From the NCBI GenBank assembly GCA_963823665.1, contig CAWGMQ010000007.1, positions 160,001 to 224,000 of the forward strand: a DNA stretch of 64,000 bases, given 5' to 3'. Below, piece after piece: positions 32,176-42,402 of the stretch. Positions within the stretch are counted from its first letter, which is position 1, and every line of letters begins with the position of its first letter. This DNA comes from an uncultured Planctomycetota bacterium (lineage in GTDB: Bacteria > Planctomycetota > Planctomycetia > Isosphaerales > Isosphaeraceae). The notes beneath the pieces were generated by a model, which made no database searches, was not told the DNA's origin, and was given only the letters and a program-made list of their open reading frames with translations. Made by a program: the position numbers and the translations under genes.

Positions 32176-33306
32176 ATGGCAGGAAGCCATATTCGCCGCC
32201 TGCGAGGCGCCCCGTTCGCGGCAGCGCTCGCTCTCTCGTTATTTGCGTTCACCGCTCGCGCTCGGGCACAAAACCCGTCGCCACCGGTACCAACGGCAGG
32301 ACTACCGGACCAGAATCTCTCCGATCTATTCGATTCTGAATCACCCACGCCCGACCCGAACGCCGGCCTGATGACCGTTCCTCAGCCGTTGTACTACCCC
32401 GTCCCTGGCGCGGGACCGACGGCACCCCGGGTCGTACAGGGGTGCTTCGGCACGATCACCGAGTCGATCTTCGGCCACCCCGATCCGGACACCTGGGCGC
32501 CGCTGCCGTGCTCGACACTCTTCAGCGAAGGTTGGGACGAAGCCTGGGTGCCTTCGCCCAACGGTTCCGGCGGCGCACCGCGGCAGGGCTGGATCAATGC
32601 CGCGGACGGCAACATGTACCGGCTGTGGTTCTTCACGTTCGCCGAGGCGTTCAACCAGGGCGACAAGAGCAACGCCTACCTCGGTGCCTACACCCTCTAC
32701 ACGCCGCTCAGCCGTCGCCTGCTCCTGATCACGAACATCCCCTTCGTGCTCCGCAACAACGCTGCCAGCGGGTTACCCATCATCTCCCCGACGGGGCAGA
32801 CGAATCCGACGTCGCAGAACCACACGACATTCGGCGATATCTCGTTCACGCCCCGCGTCTTGCTGCACGAGACGCAAGACTTCTCGCTCACGGCCGAGGT
32901 CGCGGCGCTGGTCCCGACCGGCAACCAGCCCCTTGCGGGAAAGACCGCCCTGACCCCGGCCATCAGTTTCTGGAACAATTTCGCGGGCCGGTGGGTGGTT
33001 CGGGGCGGAATCGGTGACTACATCCCGCTCGGTGGCGGTGGGTCTGACAGTCTGATCAGCCAGCTCGCCATCGGTCAGACCTTGACCGATCACGACGTGC
33101 CGCTGGTCGGCGACTTCACCTGGTACGTCTCGGCGGTGGCGAACACCCCCCTTCGCGACGGTCAACATACCAGCGTGACGCTGACCCCCGGCATGCGAAC
33201 CCACGTGGGAAACGACTGGTATTTCCTGGCCGGGCTACCGACGCCATTGACCAACCAGCGAATCGGCGACATCGGCATGATCTTCTGGTTCATGAAAGCC
33301 TGGTGA
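32176..33306 (+). CDS. Secreted, putative outer-membrane beta-barrel protein (copy 2)
   Basis: Colinear 376-aa paralog of 30569..31699; start ATG 32176 (MAGSHIRRL). Confidence 0.7.
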   Translation: MAGSHIRRLRGAPFAAALALSLFAFTARARAQNPSPPVPTAGLPDQNLSDLFDSESPTPDPNAGLMTVPQPLYYPVPGAGPTAPRVVQGCFGTITESIFGHPDPDTWAPLPCSTLFSEGWDEAWVPSPNGSGGAPRQGWINAADGNMYRLWFFTFAEAFNQGDKSNAYLGAYTLYTPLSRRLLLITNIPFVLRNNAASGLPIISPTGQTNPTSQNHTTFGDISFTPRVLLHETQDFSLTAEVAALVPTGNQPLAGKTALTPAISFWNNFAGRWVVRGGIGDYIPLGGGGSDSLISQLAIGQTLTDHDVPLVGDFTWYVSAVANTPLRDGQHTSVTLTPGMRTHVGNDWYFLAGLPTPLTNQRIGDIGMIFWFMKAW

Positions 33307-33339
33307 GCCAAGCCGGAACCTGGCGCAAGCCGACGATCC

Positions 33340-33373
33340 GAGCCCCGAGGACTCTTCCTGTCCTCCGGGGCTC
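33340..33373 (+). terminator. GC-rich hairpin, possible terminator
   Basis: gagccccgaggac / gtcct(c)cggggctc, a 13-bp stem with one bulge, 34 nt after the stop; weak U-tail. Confidence 0.4.
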
Positions 33374-33581
33374 CTCGTGTTGTTGGCACCGAGTCGCCGG
33401 AATCGCAACAACCAGTTTCATGCTTGAGAGTATGGGCGCTTGACGATTGTTCGGTGATGTGCCTAGCTTTTGCGGGCTGCGCATATTAGGTTGGCGTGCG
33501 CTGGAGCGAAGCGACATCGCGTTGCACACGGAAGAGTGCCTCTTCTGCGCGAGCGCACACGGTCCCATGGGAGTATGCATC

Positions 33582-33965
33582 ATGACACGCAACTTCAAGG
33601 TAAGTCTGCTAGTCGCATCGATGCTCTTCGTTTTGTGGACGACAGCGTCGGAGGCGTGCTGCTGGCGCCGCCGGTCATGTAACCGGTGCAACTACCAATC
33701 GGGGTGCACCTACGGGAGCCCCACAGGCTACTACAGTTCTGGCCAGGGCGGGTACGTCACGGGTGGCGGCGGTTACTATGGTGGCGGCTATCAGCAGGGT
33801 GGTTACGCCCAGCCCGGTTACGTCCAGCCCGGTTACGCCCAGCCCGGTTACGCCCAGCCCGGTTACGCCCAGCCCGGCTACAATCCGGGCGGCCTCGGTG
33901 GGCCGGCATCCGGTATTGGTGTGCGGCCCGGCATGGGCGCCGGCGGTTTCGGCCCGGGGCGCTGA
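33582..33965 (+). CDS. Small secreted Cys/Gly/Tyr-rich protein with GYAQP repeats
   Basis: GGAG then ATG 33582; signal peptide ...TTASEA; CCWRRRSCNRC; 15-bp tandem repeat ggttacg(c/t)ccagccc x5 at 33801-33875. Confidence 0.75.
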   Translation: MTRNFKVSLLVASMLFVLWTTASEACCWRRRSCNRCNYQSGCTYGSPTGYYSSGQGGYVTGGGGYYGGGYQQGGYAQPGYVQPGYAQPGYAQPGYAQPGYNPGGLGGPASGIGVRPGMGAGGFGPGR

Positions 33966-34272
33966 ACGTCCACAGGTTCTCCGATCACCCCGCGGTCGCG
34001 CCGGCCTGAACTGCGGGCTCAGTCAGGGCCGTGTCAGCGACGGCCAGTTGAGGGGCGCTGCGGCCGGATACTCTGCGGCCGGCCGCAGGTGAGGAGATCC
34101 GCATTGCAACCAACACGGCCAGGCGTCACTCCGCTGGCGCCTCGGCTGTTCGATTGAATCGCTCCGGCCGCCGTGGAATTCAACTCGGGCGCGCTGCCGG
34201 TGTACGACTGGCCGGGCACGAGGCCCTCGACGTGGAAGCGCCCCTCGGCGTCGATCTTGACGTGTGATAGGA

Positions 34273-37056
34273 TCATGCGTCCGGGTTGACGGTGATCTCG
34301 CCCAGCTCGAGCGTCCGGCCGACCTCGGCGACGAACTCCTTCTTGGTCACCCAGTTCCCCTCGCCGGCGAGGATGCGGTACGTCACGCCGGGGATCAGGG
34401 TCGGGTACGTCACCCATCCCTGGGCGTCGGTGGCCAGCGGCCCGTAGCGCGAGTGGTCCATGTTCACGACGAGGGATCCCTCGGTCTCCGGGCCCCCGCC
34501 GGCAAAGCGCATCTCGAGCTCGATCATCGGCCGGCGGCTCACCTGGAACTGCACGTCGGCGAACGGTTGGCCCTGCGCGTCGATGAACCGCGCCCGGGCC
34601 GAGCCGCAGCGCTCGAGCCTCACGGTCGCCGGCCGGTCGAGGTCGGACCCGGAGAACGTCGCGACCCGGCCCAGTTGGTTCTTCGTGTCGAGGAAGTACA
34701 CCGTCACCGGCTTCGCCGGGTCGAGGCCGACCAGCTCGAACGTGCCGTCCCCGGCCGTCCGCGGGTTCTGGCCGTCCCAGCCGATAATCTCCGCACCCGT
34801 CGCGGGCCGTCCGGCCGGGTCGAGCATGCGCCCGCGGAGGGCCTTGCCGATTCGCAGCGTGATGGTCGCCTCGACCTCCGCGCCGGCCGGCGCGTCCACG
34901 GCCAACAGGCCGTCGGGATGCAGCCTCGCGCCGCCCGGCACGCCGCTCTTGATGTCGCCGTCGGTCGTCTCGACGTTGATGCAGTGGTGCTCGGGGGCCT
35001 CGACCAGGAGGTGCCCCGGGCCGGGCAGGACGCCGATCCGGAAGGACCCATCTGGCCCGGTGACGGCCGTCGGCTGGCGGCCGCCTTGAACAGCGACCGC
35101 TTCCTCCTGGAAGTTCGGATTGCCGGCCCGCCGCGGCCAGTACTCGAGGATGGCCCCGGCCACCGCGCGGCCCGATGGCGACTCCATCACCCGGCCCTTG
35201 ACCAGCACCCCGCGCGGCAAGATCACGTCGATCTGCTGGCTCAGGCCCTGCGTCGCCGCCGCGACGACCCGGCGGAACGCGAAGGGCGAGCCCTCGGGCG
35301 GATACACCAAGACCTCATGGCTCTCGCACCGCGGCACGTTGACGCGGAACCGGCCCTCCGCATCGGTCCGGCCACCGATCCGGATGCCCTGCGGGTCCTC
35401 CTCCGGTTTGGAATGGCTGATCACGAGGAACTTCGCACCCGTCGCGACGGGACCCGATTCGCCTAGCCGCACGCGGCCCTCGAGCCAGTGGGCGGGCGTC
35501 AGCGTGAACGTGGGCGTAGCCGCCCCGTTCGCGGCCGCCTGCCCTGCGCGGAGCCCGACTCGCTGGACGGCGAAGCGATCGTCGAGGACCTCCAGGGAGA
35601 ATTCGGTGTCGCGCGCCAGGCCGGGGATCCTCAATTGCCCCTGGTCGTCGGCGATCATCATCCCGAGCCAGCCCGGCAAGGGGCGGTCGGGGGCCGAGGT
35701 CATGAAGATGGCGCAGAGGGTGGGCTTCCTCTTCCACAGCGTGGCCACGCGGAACCTGGCTCGACTCGCGGGCCTCCCCTCCAGGTCGAGCAGGCGGATG
35801 CAAACGGGCTCCTCCGGATCGAGGCGGATCGTGGCCTCCTTTCCCTCGTCGGGGATCGAGCTGTGCAGGCCCGCCGCGTATCCCGGCCGGTAGGCGACCA
35901 AGTCGGCCATGCAATAGTTATCGAAGAACTTGCGCGGCGCCTCGAGGACGAATCGGCCCTCGGCATCGGTCCGCGCCGGCCCCAGCGTGCGGCTGGTCTC
36001 GACGCTCATCGTCAGCGGCCGCGGCAGGTTGACCACGACGAAGACCTCCGCGCCCGCCGCCGGCTTGCCGTCGGGCATGAGCACGCGGCCGCGGATCGGT
36101 ATCGTCTCGCCCTTCTTGGGCCGGGCCGGAGCCGCGGCGACGGCCGGCGCGGGGCCGCCCTTCATGATCTGCGGCGATGCCGCGGGCATCCGGTCGTCGC
36201 CGTCGATCGAAGTCGCGGCCAGGGCGGCGGCCAGCCCGGTCAGCGCGGCGACCAGGAGCGCCGCCGCGGCGATCGCCTTGAACCGGGCGATCATCATGCC
36301 CCGAGCCGCCTGCTTCATCAGGACGATCGTCGTCGCGGAGGCCGCGGTGGCGGATTCGCCCAGGGCGAGGTGGCGGGCGGACCGGACGGCGGACCGCAGC
36401 AGTGCCGCCGGGACCGGCGCCGCCGCGCCCGGCGCGGCGACGCCGGCGAGCGTCACCCCGCGCCGGCTCAGCCGGGCGCGCAGCAGCTCCCGCGCACGCG
36501 CCAGCCGGCCCCGCGTCGTCGCCTCGCTCCAGCGCAGGTGGCTCGCGGCCCGCTGATAGGTCATGTCCTCGAGGTAGCAGAGGACGACCGGCCGGCGGTA
36601 GCGGTCGGGCAGGCGATCGATCTCCTGGTGGATCACCGCGGCGGTGTCGTCGTGCCATGAGTCCGGCGCAATCGCCTCTCCGGTTCGCTCGGCCGCGCGG
36701 CGCTCCTGGTCGCGGCGCCGGGCCGCGTCCGACTTGACCTGCAGGGCAATCCGCCAGGCCACACGATGCAGCCAGCCGCCTACCGAGTTGTCGTCCCGGA
36801 TCGACCGGGCCTTGCGCGCCAGCAGCAGGAAGGCGGCCTGGAAGGCATCGTCGGCGTCGTTGGAGTCATCCAACACGCGGCGGCAGACGCCCATCACCAT
36901 CGACCCGTGCCGCCGGACCAGCGCCTCGAAGGCCAGCTCATCGCGGTTCGCGAGGTATCGTTCCAGGAGCCGGGCATCGGGCAAGCCCGTCAGAATCCCC
37001 TCGTCAAGGAGGCGGCAAATCTGCTGCAGGGCGGTGTCGCGTCGCGCGCTGGCCAT
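34273..37056 (-). CDS. ECF sigma factor with TM and long extracytoplasmic carboxypeptidase-regulatory-like extension (ECF57-like)
   Basis: LPDARLLERYL...AFEALVRRHG...DADDAFQAAFLLLARKA; sigma4 LPDRYRRPVVLCYLE; TM AIAAAALLVAALTGLAAALAA; repeated TDAEGRF / GRVL.PDGKP motifs; start ATG 37056. Confidence 0.88.
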   Translation of the reverse strand: MASARRDTALQQICRLLDEGILTGLPDARLLERYLANRDELAFEALVRRHGSMVMGVCRRVLDDSNDADDAFQAAFLLLARKARSIRDDNSVGGWLHRVAWRIALQVKSDAARRRDQERRAAERTGEAIAPDSWHDDTAAVIHQEIDRLPDRYRRPVVLCYLEDMTYQRAASHLRWSEATTRGRLARARELLRARLSRRGVTLAGVAAPGAAAPVPAALLRSAVRSARHLALGESATAASATTIVLMKQAARGMMIARFKAIAAAALLVAALTGLAAALAATSIDGDDRMPAASPQIMKGGPAPAVAAAPARPKKGETIPIRGRVLMPDGKPAAGAEVFVVVNLPRPLTMSVETSRTLGPARTDAEGRFVLEAPRKFFDNYCMADLVAYRPGYAAGLHSSIPDEGKEATIRLDPEEPVCIRLLDLEGRPASRARFRVATLWKRKPTLCAIFMTSAPDRPLPGWLGMMIADDQGQLRIPGLARDTEFSLEVLDDRFAVQRVGLRAGQAAANGAATPTFTLTPAHWLEGRVRLGESGPVATGAKFLVISHSKPEEDPQGIRIGGRTDAEGRFRVNVPRCESHEVLVYPPEGSPFAFRRVVAAATQGLSQQIDVILPRGVLVKGRVMESPSGRAVAGAILEYWPRRAGNPNFQEEAVAVQGGRQPTAVTGPDGSFRIGVLPGPGHLLVEAPEHHCINVETTDGDIKSGVPGGARLHPDGLLAVDAPAGAEVEATITLRIGKALRGRMLDPAGRPATGAEIIGWDGQNPRTAGDGTFELVGLDPAKPVTVYFLDTKNQLGRVATFSGSDLDRPATVRLERCGSARARFIDAQGQPFADVQFQVSRRPMIELEMRFAGGGPETEGSLVVNMDHSRYGPLATDAQGWVTYPTLIPGVTYRILAGEGNWVTKKEFVAEVGRTLELGEITVNPDA

Positions 37057-37167
37057 GGCGTTCTCCCCCGTTGACACGCGGTTTCCTCTAATATACTGAG
37101 GGCCGGCCACGGCGGGTCCGCACGACCAATCCGCAATGCGACACATCGGCCGGTTCCTCCTGGTTAC

Positions 37168-38292
37168 CTACTTGGTCACCGCGATGGACTTGCGGAACTG
37201 GCCAATGCTGAAGGCGAAGAAGCCCAGGCCGATGGCGGCGACCGCGAGGAACTGCGGCCAGACGGTCTCGATCCCAGCGCCCGGAAGATGATGGCCTGGG
37301 AGAAGCTGACGAAGTGACGTGAGGGGAGCAAGAGCGTGAGGCGCTGCATCCAGAGAGGCTGACTCTCCACTGGCGTGCTACCGCCCGAGAGGAGTTGCAG
37401 GACGATGATGACCAGGATGATCAGGAGCGCGAACTGGGCCATCGACCGGGAGATGGTGCCAAGGTAGAGCCCAAGCGCCGTGGCGAAGAACAGGTAGAGC
37501 ACGACACCCAGGAGGAACAGCGGGAGCGAGCCGGCGATCGGCACGTCCAGCAGGGTGCGAACGACCAGGAACATCGAGGCGGTGACGGCGGTGAGGATGA
37601 CCAGGCCGTTGGCCCAAACCTTGGACATGGCGATCTCGAACGGTGTCAGCGGCAAGGTGAGGAGGTGCTCGATGGTGCCGTGCTCGCGCTCTCGGATCAG
37701 GGCGGCCCCGGTGAGGACCACCGTGAGCGTGGTGATCTGGTTGATGAGGGCCACGATGGCGCCGAACCAGGAGGCCTCGCCGTTGGGGTTGAACGCTTTG
37801 CGGATGACCACGCGAAGCGGAAGCTCCGGCTTCGCGTCAGTCCGGTGGATGAATGAGTTGACGCGATCGATCAGGATGTTCTTGATGTAGCCGGCACCGA
37901 TGCTGGCCTGCTGCATCGCCGTGGCGTCCACGTCAACCTGGATCTGGGCGGGCCGGCCACGACGAAGGTCGAGCTCGAACCGGGGCGGAATGGAGACGAT
38001 GAACATGTAATTGACCGCGGTCCATGGAGGCGGTGGCGTCTCCGGACGCGATGATCTGCGGGTGCTGGAAGCGGGGTGGGTAGAACGCGGCGATCAGCTC
38101 CTTGGAGAGCTGCGACTGGTCCTCGTCGATGAATGCGAGGCTGGCGTTGTTCACCTCGGACTTGACGCCGCGGGCCTGCGAGATGATCGCCAGCGTGAAC
38201 GCGTACAGGATGAAGACGACGAGCACGGGGTCGCTCGCCAGGCTACGCAACTCCTTCAGACCGAGCCAGAGTATGTTGGCGGCGCGACCCAT
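37168..38292 (-). CDS. ABC-2 type permease (YhhJ-like); frameshifts at ~38015 and ~37283
   Basis: MGRAANILWLGLKELRSL...; ALIREREHGTIEHLL; LLSGGSTPVESQP; true end FRKSIAVTK-TAG at 37168. Confidence 0.85.
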
Positions 38293-38294
38293 GG

Positions 38295-41172
38295 CTAGGT
38301 CTCCTGGCGCGGCAGACCCGCGACGCTGAAGCCGATCAGGACGGGGATGAAGGCGGCCAGGGCGAGGGCGTCGATCCAGAGGCCCTCGACCCCCAGGCCC
38401 TTGGTGAACGCGCCGACGCTGGCGTGCATGTAGTACGTGGTGGGCCAGATCGTGCCAAGGACACGGGCGCCGCCGTCGAGGGTGGAGACGGGCTGGAGCA
38501 TGCCTGAGAACTGGGTGGTCGGCAGGATGGTGAGGATCGCCGTGATGAATACGGCCGCCACCTGGCTGGAGGTAAAGGTGGCAACGAGCATGCCCAGCGA
38601 GGTGGTGGCCGTGACGTAGAGCAGGGCGCAGACCGTCAGCATCCAGCCGCTCCCCTTCAGCGGCACGCCGAAGACGGCCACCGCCATCAGCAGCAGGAGG
38701 ACGTGGTTGATCATGCCGATCGACGATGTACGGTAGCTGCTTGCCGGCGAGGAACTCGATGCGCCGGGTCGGTGTGACATAGAAATTGATGATCGAGCCC
38801 AGTTCCTTCTCGCGGACGATGCTGACGGCCATCAGGATCGCCGGGATCAAGATCAGCAAGATGGCCGGCACGCTGGGGACGATCGCATAGAGGCTCTCGA
38901 ACGTGGGGTTGTAGACGAAGCGCGTCTCCACCTCGAACGCGGTCTGGCCCGGGAGCACCCTGGAACTGCTCCGCCCCTGCTCGCGCAGGAAGTTGTTGTG
39001 CACGCCCACGACGTACTGGCGGAGGCTCTCGGCGCGGTTGGTCGGCGCGCCGTCGACCCAGGCGGTGATCTCGCCCGGATCGCCCTTATGGATGTTCCGG
39101 CCGAAGTTGGACGCGACCTCGAGGGCGACCTCGATCTCGTGCGATTCGAGCCGGCGCTGCATCTCCTCGGGGGTCTGGCCCGGCGGGTGGGGGACGTAGT
39201 ATCGTGAGCCCTCGAAGGCCGCGAGGTAGGCCCGGCTCTCGGGCGAGCGATCGAGGTCGAGATAGGAGAAGCGGATGTTCTCGACGTCGGTGGTGATGCC
39301 GAAGCCGAAGGCGAGCATCATGAGGGCCGAGCCGACAAAGGCAAAGAGGAGACGGACAGGGTCGCGCTCGATCTCCTGGGCCTCGCGCCGGCTGTAGGCG
39401 AGCATCCGTCCCAGGCTGAACCCGATCCGGTCATCGTCATCGTGCGCGGGGGCTGCCGCCGCGGCGGCGGTCGCGGCGGCCGCAACGCCCGGGTCGGCAC
39501 CATCCTTGTTCTTCGATTCCGGCGCGTCGGCGGGTAGCGTCGGTGATGTAAGCGATGAAGGCGGTCTCGAGGTCGTCGGTACCGCGGCTGGCCATGAGCT
39601 GGGCCGGGGTGTCGCAGGCCAGGACGGTCCCGGCGTGCATCAAGGAGATGCGGTCGCAGCGCAAGGCCTCGTTCATGAAGTGAGTGGAGACGAAGATCGT
39701 GACGCCCTGGCGGCGGGAGAGGTCGATCAAGAGCTCCCAGAACTCGTCGCGGGCGACGGGGTCGACACCGGAGGTGGGCTCATCGAGCAGAAGCATGTCG
39801 GGCTCGTGCAGAACGGCGACAGCCAGGGACAGCCGTTGCTTGAGCCCCAGGGGAAGCTCCTCCGAGGCCGCTTCGAAATGGGCGCGGAGGCCGAACCGAT
39901 CGACAAGCTCGTCGATCCGGGCGCCGGGCACGGTCGCGGGGGAGGTTGAAGATGCGGGTGTGGAGGTCGAGGTTCTGACGGACCGTGAGCTCGCCGTAGA
40001 GGGAGAAGGCCTGCGACATGTAGCCGACGCGCTTGCGCGTGGCCAGGTCGTTGGCGTCCACCGGATCACCGAAGAGCTTGGCCTCGCCCTCGGTGGCGGG
40101 CAGGAGCCCGGTCAGCATCTTCATCGTGGTGGACTTTCCGCAGCCGTTGGAGCCGAGGAAACCGAAGATCTCGCCGCGGCCGATGGCGAAGTTGACGCGG
40201 TTCACGGCGGTGAAGGAGCCAAACCGTTTGGTGAGGTCGGTGGCCTGGATCGCGGGCTCCCCCCCGGGGTCGACGCGGGGGGGGATCTCCAGGGCGTGGC
40301 GCCCGCCCGCCGCGGCGCCCGGCAAGAGCGCGACGAATGCGTCCTCCAGGTTTGCGGCACCGGTGCGTTCCATGAGCTGGCCGGGCGTGCCGGTGGCGAT
40401 GACGCGGCCCGCGTCCATGGCGATGGTCCAATCGAAGCGCTGGGCCTCGTCCATGTAAGCGGTGGAGACCAGCACGCTCATGCCGGGCCGATCGGCGCGG
40501 ACGCGGTCGATAAGCGACCAGAACTGCTGGCGGGAGAGAGGATCGACGCCGGTGGTCGGCTCGTCGAGGATGAGCAGGTCGGGGTCGTGGATCAGGGCGC
40601 CGCAGAGGCCGACCTTCTGCTTCATGCCGCCGGAGAGCTTGCCGGCGGGGCGATCGGGGAACGGCCCCAGTCCCGTGGCGTCGAGCAGGGCGCGGATGCG
40701 GCCGGCGCGCTCGGCGTCGGGTACGCCGAAGAGCCTGGCAAAGAAGTCGATGTTCTCGAAGACGCTGAGCTCCAGGTAGAGGTTCTTGCCCAGACCCTGG
40801 GGCATGAAGGCGATTCGCGGGCAGGCGGCGTCACGGTGGGCGGCTTCGTTCATGTCGCCGCCCAGGACGTTGACCGAGCCGGCCTGAATCTTCTTCGAGC
40901 CCGCGATCAGGCCCATGAGCGTGGACTTGCCGACGCCGTCGGGGCCGATCAGGCCGACCATGACTGCCGGCGGGGATGTCGAGATCGAGGGCGTCGAGCG
41001 CGCGGGTGGTCCCGTAAGTGTGGGAGACGCCGCGGACCGATGCCACCGGCGCCGTGTCACGGTCCGGAGGGGTGGAAATGCCCACGCTGGTCCCTCCATG
41101 GTCGCCCTTCGCTCCGCGAAGGGATTCCTCACCGTCCGAAGGGGTGGACATGCCCACGCTGGGGGAGGCCAT
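38295..41172 (-). CDS. rbbA: RbbA-like double ABC ATPase fused to a permease; about 5 frameshifts
   Basis: [71 protein letters not shown]; permease [17 protein letters not shown]. Confidence 0.85.
41062..41162. repeat. Two 29-bp direct repeats (72-bp period) flanking a perfect 8-bp hairpin; REP-like cluster in the rbbA 5' end
   Basis: gtccg.aggggtgga.atgcccacgctgg at 41062 and 41134; cccttcgc-tcc-gcgaaggg at 41105-41123. Confidence 0.7.
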
Positions 41173-41185
41173 CGCGTCGCCCTCG

Positions 41186-42275
41186 TCAAGGCCGGGAGGC
41201 CGGCGTTTCCGGTCGGGAGGTAGGGGCCGCTTGGCCCTCGGCGACGCTCGAGCCCGCCGGTTTTCCGGCCGCCGCTGGCGGCTTGGGAGTGAGCCCCGGG
41301 AACGGACGGTCGAGCCGTTCGGGCCAGGCGGCCGAGTCGTCGAGCCGGACGTAGCCGACGCCGCGGATGCCGGTCTTGATTCGCTCGATGACGGCCAGGA
41401 CGCGCTCCTGGCGGGACGCTCAGCTTCACGCGGAACATCAACTTGTCGCGCTCGCTCCGGGTCTCGACTTCCTTGGGCGTGAACTGCGCCTCCGGGGCGA
41501 CAAACGTCACCTTGGCGCGGGCGGCGTACTCGGGGGCGATGTCCAGGACGATCCGCGCGTCGGCGCCGAGCTTTGTCTTCACGGCGTCCTGAGCCGGCAG
41601 GTAGATCTCCATGTACACATCGCCAAGGTTGACCAGGGTGAGAACCTTGCCGCCGCTGCCCAGCACCTCGCCCTCCTCGGCCAGCCGGTAGAGGACCCGA
41701 CCCTCGACGGTCGAGTTGAGGGTCATGTCGTTGATCCGCGATTGGACCGTCGCCGCCTCGGCCTTGGCCGCTTCGACCGACTTCTTGGCCGTGTTAAGCC
41801 GTGCCTTCTCGCCGTCGAGCGCCGCGCGGCGAGTCTTGGCCAGAGTCTCCTTGATGTCGTAATTCTCGCGCGACGTGGCCTTGCGGGCGTAAAGGCTGCG
41901 CTCTCGTTCGAACTCGACCTCGGCCAGCTTGAGCTGGCTGTCAGCCAGGACGATGTCGGCATCGACCTCGAGGGCCTTTGCCTCCTGCTCGGCGACGGTC
42001 GCCTGGGCTCGCGCCAGCTCCGCCTGCAGTGTGACGGTATCCATCTTGGCCACGACCTGACCGGCATGGACCATGTCCCCCTCGTGGACGAGGATCTTCT
42101 CCACCCGGCCCGGCTCCTTGGTCGTCACGTCCACCTGGACCGATTCAACTCGCCCATTTCCCGAGGCAAACCCGGGCGGCAGCGCGTTCAGTCGGGCCTG
42201 GTAGAACTGCCAGATGAGGACCCCGACCCCGGCGACGACGGCGAGCGCGACGACCCAGAACGTTTTCCCCTTCAT
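41186..42275 (-). CDS. HlyD-family membrane fusion protein (YhiI-like); frameshift at ~41411
   Basis: N-terminal [35 protein letters not shown]; corrected frame [14 protein letters not shown]...WPERL to TGA at 41186. Confidence 0.88.
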
Positions 42276-42402
42276 CGCGCACGCTCCCAAGGATTTGTTG
42301 AAACGACGACACTTGTCGATGTGATATCGCGAAACCCGTTACATTATCCGGCGCTGATCCCACGTCAGCAAGGGCCAGGTCTTTTCTGATCGCTGAGATC
42401 TA

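Larger units (their letters stand above)
30166..33306 (+). repeat. Diverged tandem duplication with a ~1.6-kb unit (30166-31699 and 31766-33306)
   Basis: The integrase relic, ~240 bp of upstream noncoding sequence and the whole CDS all align at an offset of ~1600. Confidence 0.92.

Noticed and set aside
30569..33306. Paralog pair as a DGR template/variable repeat
   Set aside because: Differences are not adenine-specific, whole genes are duplicated, and no reverse transcriptase is present.
39780..42290. 836-aa HlyD-ABC ATPase fusion ORF
   Set aside because: Produced by frameshifts; the corrected HlyD stops at 41186 and rbbA has its own RBS and ATG at 41172.
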